From Acidimicrobiales bacterium (GTDB lineage: Bacteria; Actinomycetota; Acidimicrobiia; Acidimicrobiales; Salinilacustritrichaceae): DNA of 64,000 nt. The position numbers were made by a program, and so were the translations under genes. The notes under the pieces are model-generated. The model saw only the letters and a list, made by a program, of their open reading frames with translations. It was not told the DNA's origin and made no database searches. Positions 9,407 through 21,500 of this stretch are shown here, in pieces. The stretch lies in assembly GCA_038255425.1 (NCBI GenBank), contig JBBSLH010000001.1, positions 7 through 64,006 on the forward strand, read 5' to 3'. Numbering within the stretch: the stretch's first letter is position 1; every line of letters starts with the position of its first letter.

Positions 9407-10762
9407 CTAGGGACCAGACAGACGCGAACCAAGGTCGGATCCGCGCAACGCGGCCCTGGCGGCGCCGACCACGTAGGTCGATCCAGCGATGAGCAGCGCG
9501 TCGTCGATCGCCATCCGGCTGGTCGTTCGCTCGATGGCGGTCTCGATGTCGTCGACGATCGTCACCTCGGGAATCGACGGCGCACCCCCGGCAGAGACCA
9601 GCCGTGAGACCGCGGACGCGACGTCGACGGCGGAGATCGAGCGAGGCGAGTCGGCCTGGACGCAGATGATCCGGCGCGCACCCAGTTCGACCAGTGGCGC
9701 GAGCGTCGCTTCGACGTCGCGGCCACTCAACAGCCCGACGAGCAATGTCAGCGATCCATCGGGCTCGAATTCGTCGGCGAAGGTCCTCGCTGCCGCTTCG
9801 GTGCCATCGGGGTTGTGGGCCGAGTCGAGCACGATCAACGGCGAGCGATGTACGACCTCGAATCGTCCGGGCACGAGGACTGCCGACAGCGCCTCCTGGA
9901 CGACCTCCTCGTCGAGCGGACGGCCGAAGAAGGTCTCGACCGTGGCGATCGCGACCGCGGCGTTGTCGACCTGGTGTTCTCCGTGGAGCGGCAGGAACAG
10001 GTCGAGGTAGCGCGACGTCGGGGTGTAGACGCTCATCAACCGACCGCCCACGGCGATGGCTGACGACGTCGCGCCGAACTCCTCGTCGCGCACCCAGTGG
10101 AGCGCGCCGCCTTCGGCTCGGAAGATGTCCACCAGGTCGGGGTCGGTCTCGCCGATGACCACCGCGCTGCGGTCGGAGATGATCCCGGCCTTCTCCTCGG
10201 CGATGGCCTGCCGCCACTCCCCCACTCCGTCCGTGTGATCCATCCCGACGTTGGTGATGACCGCGACGTCGGCGTCCACGACGTTGGTCGAGTCGTAGCG
10301 GCCGAGCATCCCCACCTCGACCACCATCACTTCGACGGCCTCGCGGGCGAACCACGAGAAGGCCGTCGCCGTGAGCAGGTCGAAGTAGCTGGGCCGATCG
10401 GGGAACAGTGCCTCGAGCGCCGCGATCTCGGACACGACGTCGGCGAACTCGGCTTCGGCGATCAGGTCGACGTTGCGGCTGATGCGCTCGCGGATCGACT
10501 CGAGGTGGGGGCTGGCGTAGGTACCGACCGTGAGACCGTGGGCCCCGAGCAGGGCCGAGACGATCTTGGCGACCGATCCCTTGCCGTTGGTCCCGGTGAT
10601 GTGGATGACCGGTGCGCTCGTCTGCGGATCGCCGAGTACGTCGACGAGACCGCGCATCCGGTCGAGCGACAATCCATGCACCTTGCCCGCGGTCGGGCCG
10701 CCGACGGTCGCCTCCAGGTTGATGTGGTCGTCGAGGTACGCGACCGCTTCCTGGTAGTTCAA
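9407..10762 (-). CDS. folC: Bifunctional folylpolyglutamate synthase / dihydrofolate synthase
   Basis: [39 protein letters not shown] and LDSAHNPDG motifs. Likely start is TTG 10762, just after the clpX stop. The track's extension to 11299 is a shadow of clpX. Confidence 0.93.
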   Translation of the reverse strand: MNYQEAVAYLDDHINLEATVGGPTAGKVHGLSLDRMRGLVDVLGDPQTSAPVIHITGTNGKGSVAKIVSALLGAHGLTVGTYASPHLESIRERISRNVDLIAEAEFADVVSEIAALEALFPDRPSYFDLLTATAFSWFAREAVEVMVVEVGMLGRYDSTNVVDADVAVITNVGMDHTDGVGEWRQAIAEEKAGIISDRSAVVIGETDPDLVDIFRAEGGALHWVRDEEFGATSSAIAVGGRLMSVYTPTSRYLDLFLPLHGEHQVDNAAVAIATVETFFGRPLDEEVVQEALSAVLVPGRFEVVHRSPLIVLDSAHNPDGTEAAARTFADEFEPDGSLTLLVGLLSGRDVEATLAPLVELGARRIICVQADSPRSISAVDVASAVSRLVSAGGAPSIPEVTIVDDIETAIERTTSRMAIDDALLIAGSTYVVGAARAALRGSDLGSRLSGP

Positions 10763-10763
10763 G

Positions 10764-12035
<1,272 letters not shown>

Positions 12036-12061
12036 GGTGTCCCCCTTTCAGTGCGTTCTGA

Positions 12062-12721
12062 TCAGTTGGCCCGGATGGGTCCAGTCGTGTCGGCCACATC
12101 GCGGCGGTCGATCACTTCATCGATGATGCCGTACTCGAGCGCCTCGTTGGCGGTCATCACGAAATCTCTGTCGGTGTCGGTCTCGATCTTCTCGACCGAC
12201 TGGCCCGTGTGATCGGCCAGGATCTGGTTGAGCAGGTCCTTCATCCGCATGATCTCGCGTGCCTGGATCTCGATGTCGGTGGCCTGGCCACCGCCCTGGC
12301 CCCACGGCTGGTGGAGCAGGACACGGGAGTGGGTCAGCGCGAGGCGCTTGCCCTTGGTCCCGGCCGCGAGGATCACCGCGGCGGCAGATGCTGCCTGACC
12401 GAAACAGATCGTGCTGATGTCGTTCTTGATGAAGCTCAGCGTGTCGTAGATCGCGAACAGCGCCGTGATGTCGCCGCCGGGGCTGTTGATGTAGATGCTG
12501 ATGTCCTTGTCGGCGTTCTCCGACTCGAGGTGCAGCAGCTGGGCGCAGATCAGGTTGGCGATCTGATCGTCGATCGGCGTGCCCAGGAAGATGATGTTCT
12601 CCTTGAGCAGCCGCGAGTAGAGGTCGTAGGCCCGCTCACCACGGTTGGTCGATTCGACGACCGTGGGCACGAGGTAGTTGCGCACGGTGGAGTCGTGGCG
12701 TGCGACCTGCTCTGGCGTCAT
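12062..12721 (-). CDS. clpP: ATP-dependent Clp protease proteolytic subunit
   Basis: [20 protein letters not shown], catalytic Ser (QAASAAA), His (LLHQP) and Asp (TDRD). ATG 12721 overlaps the tig stop as ATGA. Confidence 0.96.
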   Translation of the reverse strand: MTPEQVARHDSTVRNYLVPTVVESTNRGERAYDLYSRLLKENIIFLGTPIDDQIANLICAQLLHLESENADKDISIYINSPGGDITALFAIYDTLSFIKNDISTICFGQAASAAAVILAAGTKGKRLALTHSRVLLHQPWGQGGGQATDIEIQAREIMRMKDLLNQILADHTGQSVEKIETDTDRDFVMTANEALEYGIIDEVIDRRDVADTTGPIRAN

Positions 12722-14085
12722 TCGGCTGCGTCCTCTTCGGTCTCTTCGTCTGTGTCTGCGCTGTCGGGTGCGGGGGGCTCGTAGGTGCTGCGATCGACGC
12801 TGTTGCCGTTCTCGTCGACGATCTCGACGTGGTCGAGCAGCCATTCGAGCGCCTTGCGCTTCCTGATGTCAGAGCGTACCGCGGACAGTTGGTCGTTCTG
12901 TTCCAACTGGGCACGAACCTTCTTGGCCTTCTCGCCGACGCGTTCGGCGACCTCGTCGATCTCAGCGTCGAGCTCCTCGTCGGCGCACTCGATCGACTCG
13001 GCGACCACGATCGCCCGCAGGGCGAGGTCGACCCGAGCGCTGGTCTCGGCGTTCTCACGCAGCTCGTCGATGAGCTGTTCCTGTGAGCGTCCGGTCATCA
13101 TCAGATACTGCTCGAGCCCCATTCCCTGGGCCTCGAGGCGCATGCCGAGGTCCTGGAGTCGCCCGTTGAGTTCGCTCGCGATGAGCGCCTCGGGAAGATC
13201 GTCCATGACGAGTTCGGCGAGCGCCTCGGCGACCTTCTCCTGTAGCTGTTGTGCACCCTGGGCCTTGCGGACCGTGGTCATGCGCTCGACCAGGTCGGCC
13301 TTCATCTCGTCGACGGTCTCGAACTCGGAGTTCTCCTGAGCCCACTCGTCGGTGAGCTCGGGCAGGACCTTGGCCTTGACCTCCTTGACGGCGATCACGA
13401 AGTGGAGCTGGCGCTCCTCGTCCTCGTCGGGGTGCGTGGCATCGAAGTCGAGGTCGTCGCCGGCGGAGGCGCCGGAGAGATGCTCGTCGACCTCGGCGGT
13501 GATGACACCGGAACCGATCTCGTAGTTGTAGTCGTCGGTGGTGAGGCCGTCCTGCTCCTCACCGTCGAGGGTGCCCACGATGTCGATGACGACGGTGTCG
13601 CCCTCCTCGGCGGCACGCTCGACCGTCTCGACGGTGGCGTCGAGGCTGCGCATGCGGTCGATCTGCGCGTCGATCTCCTCGGGGTCGGGTTCGGGCGAGG
13701 GCATGGTGACCTTCAGCCCGTCGTAGCCGGCGACGATCACGACGGGCCGGACCTCGACGATGGCCTCGAAGGCGATCGGGCCCTCTTCCTGGCCCTCGGT
13801 GATGTCGAGTTCCGGCGGTGCGATGACATCGACGTCGTTCTCGATGACGGCGTCGGAGTAGTACTTGGGAAGCGCCTCACGCAGGGCTTCCTCGCGGGCG
13901 GGCGCCAGGCCGATGCGAGCCTCGATCAGCTTGCGCGGCGCCTTGCCCGGGCGGAAGCCCGGGAGGTTGATCTCGTGGGCGATCCGCTTGAAAGCGGCGT
14001 TGAGATCGGCCTCGAACTCGGTCTCGTCGACGGTCACGGAGACCTTGACCTTGTTGTCCTCGAGGGCTTCGACGGTGGAGTTCAC
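12718..14085 (-). CDS. tig: Trigger factor
   Basis: GFRPGKAP ribosome-binding signature, FKBP-like middle domain, acidic C-terminal tail, first gene of tig-clpP-clpX. Start set at GTG 14085. Confidence 0.95.
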   Translation of the reverse strand: MNSTVEALEDNKVKVSVTVDETEFEADLNAAFKRIAHEINLPGFRPGKAPRKLIEARIGLAPAREEALREALPKYYSDAVIENDVDVIAPPELDITEGQEEGPIAFEAIVEVRPVVIVAGYDGLKVTMPSPEPDPEEIDAQIDRMRSLDATVETVERAAEEGDTVVIDIVGTLDGEEQDGLTTDDYNYEIGSGVITAEVDEHLSGASAGDDLDFDATHPDEDEERQLHFVIAVKEVKAKVLPELTDEWAQENSEFETVDEMKADLVERMTTVRKAQGAQQLQEKVAEALAELVMDDLPEALIASELNGRLQDLGMRLEAQGMGLEQYLMMTGRSQEQLIDELRENAETSARVDLALRAIVVAESIECADEELDAEIDEVAERVGEKAKKVRAQLEQNDQLSAVRSDIRKRKALEWLLDHVEIVDENGNSVDRSTYEPPAPDSADTDEETEEDAAE

Positions 14086-14152
14086 GGAGTGACCATTTCG
14101 TTTCTGCCAGAGGGTCTTCCCACTGGCAATCGGGCGTACAGACGGACGGACG

Positions 14153-14158
14153 AGTGTA
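14153..14158 (-). promoter_or_regulatory. Putative -10 element (TACACT) of the tig promoter
   Basis: TAnnnT match TACACT 67 nt upstream of the tig GTG. No convincing -35 seen. Confidence 0.4.
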
Positions 14159-14197
14159 CCGGCGTCCTCGTTCACCAGAAGATCTCGGAGCCTTCGA

Positions 14198-15502
14198 TCA
14201 CTCGTCGGACCGAACGACCTCGCAGTCGGTCTCACCGATCGAGGGAAGCGCGTCACGCCCGATGACGAGACCGAAGTCGACCTCTTCGCACCGCACGTCG
14301 TCGAGGCTGCCCGTGGCCGAGTCCGAGAAGATGGCGGCGGCCCGCGCCTGCGCGACGAACGTCACGTCCCGGAGTGCTGGCACCGCGTCCCCTCCGACCT
14401 GCAGGCCGACATCGCCACCACGGATCGTCGTGCCCAGGACGCTCGGACGTGCGGTCCCCGCCATCGAGATGCCGACCGCGTTGTCGTCGAAGGTCGATGC
14501 CTCGACGGACCCATCGGACGTGTCGAAGAAGCACAGGCCGCACTGACCGCTGCGCTGGATCGACGCCCGCACGATGCTGGCTCGATGACCACCACTCAGG
14601 ACCACGCCTGCCGCCTCGTTGTCGGACAGTTCGACGTCGGTGATCTCGAGGGTCGTCCCTCGTCCCGCTGCGTCTCGATCGGGAGCGAACATCAGCACGC
14701 CTGCGCCGCCCTGGCCGTTGTCGTCGGCCACGGCACCGCTCAGGTGACTGTCTGACAGTGCGATCGAAGCTGCCGGCCCTCCCAACACGATGGATGACGG
14801 TCGGTCGCCCTCGTGCCGGATGGTCAATCCCTCGACCCGGATGGTCTTGTCGGTGAGCGCCACGATCACTGCGTCACCGGCGGTGGACACGATCGTCGTC
14901 TGTCCGGCTCCCGTTCCCACGAGGTGCACACCGTTCAGCAGGACCAGCGGATCATCGAGTCGGTACTCCCCCGCTGCCAGACGGAGTGTGGAGCCGTCGC
15001 CGGCGCGGGCGACAGCGTCACGGAGGTCGTCGTCCGGTGCCACCGCTGCATCAGTCGCCTGTCCGGCGGACGGATCGGTCATGGTGGCAACGAGCTGTCG
15101 GAGTACCGCGTCGGCGACGGGAGATTCGGTCTCGACCGCGTACAACCGGCGCGCCAGCTCGACCTGCGTCCGTCTCGGCTCACACGCCAGCGACTCGATG
15201 CGTTGCTGTGCTTCCTCGAGCGCATCCTGATATCCACCCTCGTCGAGTGGCTCGGGTCCGGGCGTCGTCGTGGGCGCGGCTTCGTCGACCGGGGTCGACG
15301 AGAGGACGCTGGTCTCGTAGCCCGCGACGTACCGTTCCGTGGCGTCGCCGATGGAGGCGATCGCCTCATCGCATTCGCTGACCGCGTCGAGGGTGGTGGT
15401 CGTGGTGGCCGTGGTCTCCGCGCCGTCACTGGCACACGCACCGACCAGCAGCCAGCCGAGGGCGGCACGCGCCCCGAGCGCCACCAATCGTCGCCTCGTC
15501 AC
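14198..15502 (-). CDS. Putative lipoprotein with right-handed parallel beta-helix (pectin-lyase-like fold)
   Basis: MTRRRLV...WLLVGA|C lipobox-like signal and Thr linker. DDDLRDAVARAGDGSTLRLAAGEY..LVGTGAGQTTI is a typical beta-helix cap, followed by periodic S/DN-x-x-G-V/I coils. Confidence 0.75.
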   Translation of the reverse strand: MTRRRLVALGARAALGWLLVGACASDGAETTATTTTTLDAVSECDEAIASIGDATERYVAGYETSVLSSTPVDEAAPTTTPGPEPLDEGGYQDALEEAQQRIESLACEPRRTQVELARRLYAVETESPVADAVLRQLVATMTDPSAGQATDAAVAPDDDLRDAVARAGDGSTLRLAAGEYRLDDPLVLLNGVHLVGTGAGQTTIVSTAGDAVIVALTDKTIRVEGLTIRHEGDRPSSIVLGGPAASIALSDSHLSGAVADDNGQGGAGVLMFAPDRDAAGRGTTLEITDVELSDNEAAGVVLSGGHRASIVRASIQRSGQCGLCFFDTSDGSVEASTFDDNAVGISMAGTARPSVLGTTIRGGDVGLQVGGDAVPALRDVTFVAQARAAAIFSDSATGSLDDVRCEEVDFGLVIGRDALPSIGETDCEVVRSDE

Positions 15503-15511
15503 GCCGGGACG

Positions 15512-18500
15512 CTAGCGGCAGGCGACGCGTGGGCCCCGGAGACTCTGTTCGCTGAACACCCCACGGCGGCGGGCGGCGATGATCGTGGCAGCGAGCATGA
15601 GGACGATCGCCAATGGAATCGCTCGTCCGTCGCCGGTGGGTGCGTCGGCTGGCCAGGTGAGCACTCGATCCGAGATCGTTGTGCTCCGTGGCGACGGTTC
15701 GACCGCGTCCGTCGGTGTGGCGGTGTCGCTGTGGACTCTGGTGACGGCACCAAGCGACGCGCCGGCGGGATCGAGTCCGGCCATCGGTGTGTCAGGTGAC
15801 GGAGCGGCGAGCAGCTGCGCACCGGACGCTGCCATGGCACCGGGCATGGGCACTCTGGTCCCGGGGGCAAGCGTCGACGACATGATCCCCCCGTGATCGT
15901 GGGAGAGGCCGAGAACGTGTCCGATCTCGTGCAGGAGCACGCTCAACAGGTCGATGGACCCGGCGCGAGGTCCATGCAGGTCGGTGCTCCATCCCCAGCC
16001 AGCGGCGTCGGTGTCGAGACGGATGACCGCCCCGACGGCCTGTGCGAGGTCGGTCCCGTCGAGGGCGACGAGCACGACGGTCAGCCCGGCGAGTCGGGTC
16101 GCGTCGGCACCCGCTCGAGTCCAGTGGTCGATCGCTGCGGTCAGGACCCTCCCGAGCTCTGCGTTCGTGAGGGTGGTGCTCGCCCCCGGTCCGACCCGGT
16201 CGGCGACCAGACGGCTGTCGTCGTCGAGGATCGTGACCGTTCCCTGACCACTCCCGGCGATGGTCGCGCCGGACGGAGCGCTGAGCCGGAGCAGCACCGT
16301 CTCGTCCGGCTCGGCGGTTCGGTCCCCGTACACCTCGACCACGATGGTCGCCGTGATCTGGCCGGGAGCGAACGTGACCGTCTTCGACGTCCACGCCGCG
16401 TAGTCGGAACCGGCGTTGGCGGTGCCGCCGATGACCGTCACGGTCACGCTGACCGGCGTCGACGACGCCGACGACAGGGTGAGCGTCACGACGGCATCGG
16501 TCGTGCGGTTCCTGCCCTCGAGCACCGACGCGTTCCCGATCGTCACGGTGGGGACGGCTGGCGCATCGTCGTCCACGATCGTCAGGGCGTGCGACGTCGG
16601 GGCGGCGGTGGTGCACCCGGTGCAGGATCCGAGCGACACCGTCACGGTCTCGTTCGGTTCGCTGGCTGTGTCGTTCACGACGGTGATGGAGAACGTTGCC
16701 GTGGTCTGTCCGGCGGCGAACGTGACGGTGGCGGTCCCGGCGCCACCGACGGTGAGACCGGCGACGGTGTAGTCGACGTTGCGGGTCGCGGAGCCGGCGA
16801 AGGTCACGACCACGGTGCTGGTGCCGGCCGTCGATCCGTTTCGCGTGATGGTGTAGATGATGGTGGCCGCGGCACCTTCGTTGATGCTGCTGGAGGCGGC
16901 CGAGATGGAGACCGTGGGCGAAGCGGGGGCGGTGTCGTCGTTGGTGATGGTGACGGTGGCCGACGAGGTGCCGAGCGTCGCGCCGGCGGGCCCGGACAGC
17001 GTCACGAGGAAGGTCTCGTTGGGTTCGACCTCGGTGTCGCCGTTGATGGTGATGGGAATGGTCTTGACCGTCTCGCCAGGTGCGAAGGTCAACGTGCCGG
17101 CGGAGGCCACGTAGTCGACTCCGGGGGTGGCGGTGCCGCTGCCGGTGGTCCAGTTGACGGTGACGGTGTTGGGAGATGCCGTGGAGAGCGTCACGGTGAC
17201 GAGGACGATCTTGGTACCGGTGTTCCCCTCGCTGACCGTGGCGGGGGCGACGCTGACGGCCGGGACGTCGTCGTCGATGATGGTGACTCGTCCGACGGGC
17301 TTGAGGAGGGTGACGCCCGCGCTCTCACTGAGCTGGACGGTGAACTCCTCGGTGGGCTCCGCGACCGAGTCAGCGATGATGGTGATGACGATCTGTTGTT
17401 GGGTGACGCCGGCGGCGAAGGTGAGGACACCGCTGGCGAGGTTGTAGTCCTGGCCGAATGCGGCGGTGAGGTCGGCCGTGGCCCACGAGATCCGGATGAC
17501 GGTGCCGTCGGCGGGGGCCCGGGACAGGGTGACGGTGAGGGTGACGGTCTTGGTGCCTCCGGTGCCCTCGATGATGGTGACATCGTCGATGACGACGGTC
17601 GGCGGCTCGTCGTCCGGTGGCGGCGGGGGTTCGGCGTCCCCGAACTGAGAGTCGTTGGTTCGGATGCGTAGTGCTGTGAAGCGTGCCGTGCCGCTGCGCA
17701 CGACGAGCCCGAAGGCGCCATCGGCGACGCCGGCGTTGAACCCGGTGCTGACCATGAACAGCCCGTTGAGGACCACGCTGGCCGAAGCGCCCTTGAGCTG
17801 GACGTCGAGGACGTAGGCGGTGTCGAGCGCGATGCTCTGGGCGAAAGCGGCGTCGATCGTGAACCCGCCGCGGGGGTCGACGTGGCCGAGGAGGACACGT
17901 TGGCCGGCATGGTCGAGGAGCGCGAACTTGAAGTCGTCGACGTCGTAGATGTCGAAGGCGATGCCCGCCATGCCGCCCGGGGTCGTGATCCGCAGGGTCG
18001 TGACCAGCTGGAGCCACGAGGTGGACTCGAGGTGGGAGACGTCGGCGAACACCACCGGGCGGACCGCGGGCGTCGTGGCCGGGCTCGGGCTGGCGGTGAG
18101 ACCGGTGCCGCCCTGTGTCCAGGTGCCCGAGAGCGGGGGCCCGAGGGGACCGGTGCCGGTGGTGAGGTCGGTGCTCGAGTCGAGGGTGAGCTGCGGGGGC
18201 AGGATCTGGACCCGGACGTTGTCGAACGAGCCGCGGGCGTTGTCGGAACCCATACCGACCATGCCCTTGTTGAGGCCGTATCGGACGCCATCGATGATCC
18301 GGGCGCCGAAGGTGTAGGTGAATGCGTCGTCGCCGTCGACGGTGAGGGTGGCGGTGGTGCCGTTGACCGAGAGCAGGATCTGATACCAGGTGCCGTATCT
18401 CATCTGCTTCGGGGTCTGGGCCACGACGTGCCAGCCGGTGGCGTCTCGGTAGCCCATGACGATCTTGTTGATCGAGACATCGATGCCGGCGAACTTGAAA

Positions 18501-21500
18501 TCGGTCGGACCGAAGTAGTCGAAGATGATGTAGGCGTTGGCGTTCCATCCGCCCGTGGGCTTCACCGTGCGAACCGAGGCGGCGACCTCGTAGTAGATCG
18601 GCAGGTACTCGTCGACGAAGTAGACCGCCGCTGCGTCGTTACCCAGGCTGCCGGCGGCGACCTGCAGCACCCCGCCGCTCACGGTCCACGAGCCGCTGTC
18701 GACGAAGAAACCCTGGAGCTGCTGATCGTTGAAATCTGCGCCACGTAGGACATCACGCTTGCCGCCGGGCACGTTTCCGGGCTGCGGGTCACGAGGCCCA
18801 CCGGTCTGGTCCTGCCACAGGCCGCTGTCCTGTTGGACGATCAGACCGAGTTCTCCGTAGGGCTCACCGTTGCGTGCCGCGTACTGCGGGTTTTGCAACG
18901 CCAGGGTCGGATCGCCGCCCTGGGACCTGGCCAGGTCGTAGAGGAACTCGGGCAGACGAGGCAACACCTGACGGCTGACGGTGCCGATGCCGAACGGGGA
19001 GAACGGGACGATGTAGCTGTTGAACTCGCCGACCCAGTCGATGAGCCGATCACCTCCGGTGTTGCCGATCAAAACATCGAGGCCGGCGCCGCCATAGACC
19101 CGATCCTCGTAGGAGACATGCGTCTCAGGCTGGTCGTTCAAGTTGCCGTTCGTGGTCAGCACGTCGTCGGCGTTGAGCAGGTCGTTGCCCCAGCCACCCC
19201 ACAGTGTGTCCTTGCCGGTGCCGCCGGTGGCCCAGTCGTTGCCGTGATCACCGAAGAGAACGTCGTCGCCATCGCTGCGGATGGTCGTGCTTCCCGACAC
19301 GAGGCGACCGTCGGCGGCGTCGTGGTTCAAGAACCACTGGAAACAACCTGGCGCGGCCATCGACGCCGCCGCGAACGTGCACCCACCATTGGACTTGTTC
19401 AGGGTGCCGTTCGTGTTCAGCGTGATCAGGCGGCGGGGGTCGTACTCGTCGTAGAGGGCGTGCTGACCGGCCCGCACCAGGTCGTAGGCGACCAGATTGC
19501 GGTCGGCCCACGGACGACCGAAGTCGTTGCGCACGACGCCGGTGGGCAGACCGGCACTGCCGTAGACCACGACGTAGGACTGCGCCAGCGCCTCGGCACC
19601 CGAGATGGCGTCGTCGCCGGCTCCGGCGTGGATGAAGTCGTCGTCCCAGCCGCCGAAGATCACGTCGTCGGCCCAGAGCGGACGGTAGTGCTCGTCGTCG
19701 ATCAACACGTTGGAGTTGGGGACCCGTGGGTTGAGCGCAAACGGGGTCAGATCGACCACCTTGGTCAACTTTCCGGTCGGATAGATGACCGCGACCTGGA
19801 TGTTGCCCGGCGTCGTGATCGTCTGCTGCGCGTTCGCCGTGGTCACCCCGTTGAGGATCTCGGTCTTGCCGTTGCGGCTGGTGAAGATCCGCCCGTCGTC
19901 ACCGAGGATTCCGTCGATGCCGGTGCCACCGGAGATCCAGTCGTGGCCCCAGCCGCCGATGATGTCGTCGTCGTGGGCGTCGCCGAAGACGACATCGTTG
20001 CCGCCACCGGCGTACACGGTGTCGTCACCCGACTCGCCATGGATCTCGTCGGCGCCCCAGATCTGGGTGGGCCCGTTCCCGGTGTTGAAGATCAGACCGT
20101 TCGTGGGCAACGTGTTCGGGACGTTGGTCTGGCTCCCGCCGAACAGGTCGGGACGCCGATCCGGGCCACCCTCGATGTAGTCGAGCAGGGTCACGGCCCG
20201 GATGACCATCTTCAGACCGGCGGTGCTGTAGTCGTCGTAGGTGTAACGCAAGAACCCACCACTCGTCGTCACACCCGTCGGCGCCGGTCCGGCACCGACG
20301 ACGAGGCGGTAGGCGTTGCCGTTGTCACCGATGATCGTGTCGGCATCCCGAGCATGGGCATCAGCCGTTGTGGTGCCCAACGGTGAGGAGTCGGCGTTGC
20401 GGGCGGTCTGTGTACCGGCACCACCGAAGAGGAGGTCGCCGACGTCGGGTCGCTGGCTGTCATTCACCAGGGAGAAGAGGTTGGAGCTGCCACCGATGAT
20501 GTCGTCCTGGCCGAGGCCACCGAAGACGACGTCCCGGCCCCCGCCGCCCTCGATGTAGTCGTCGCCGTCGGTCGAGCGCTCCTCCGAGGGACGGATCCAC
20601 AGATCGCCGGTGCCGTCACGACCGGCACCCAGCTTCTGACCGCCGACCCGCAGGCCGATGTCACCGTCGCCCTGGACGATGTCGTCGCCGAGTTGGGCGA
20701 AGATCGTGTCGTCACCAGCGCCACCGGCGATGTAGTCGTCGCCGAAGCAGGTACAGCCCGTGTTCCAAGCGTGGTCCTCGAGCGTGATGGCGAAGTCGGC
20801 CCACAGGGCGTGGCCGGTGGGGTCGAGCTGCCAGTACAGACGAGCCGCCAGGTCGGCCCGGCCGTTGATGAGGGCCGTGCCCGCATCAGCCAGAGCCATG
20901 CTGTAGATGCGGGCGTCCTCGAGGGTGCGGAACCGCGGGCTGCGGTAGTCGCCGAACGTCGCCGTCCGGTCGAGGTCGACGTTGTCGCCGAAGATCAGGT
21001 CGCGGCCTGCCCCACCGTCGAGGTCGTCGCCACCGGTGCCACCGATGACCACGTCGTCGCCGTCCTGGGCGTAGATCGTGTCGTTGCCGCCGAGGTGGTT
21101 GTCGGTGGTCTCGACCTTCACGACGTGGAGGGTGTTGTTCCGGACGGCCCAGGTGACCGTGGCGTGGTCGCCATGGCCGATGTCGTCGCCGCCGCCGAGG
21201 CGGACGGTGTCGCCCTGGGCACCCCCGAGCACCACGTCGGTCCCGCTGCCCGTCGTGATGACGTCGGCACCGCCGACCGCCGGATCGGTCGTCCGCAGCA
21301 CGCCGGCCGACAGGGGCAGGGTGCCCCAGCGGCGGGTCTCGGCGGGCAAGGCGTCGAAACGGCCGTTGTCGCCGAGGACGATGTTCTTGCCGTCGCCGGC
21401 GTCGATGGTGTCGCCCCCGACGCCGCCGAAGACGACGTCGTCGCCGTTGCCGGTGGTGATGGTGTCGTTGCCGCCGAGCGTGACGTCGGTGGTCCAGATG

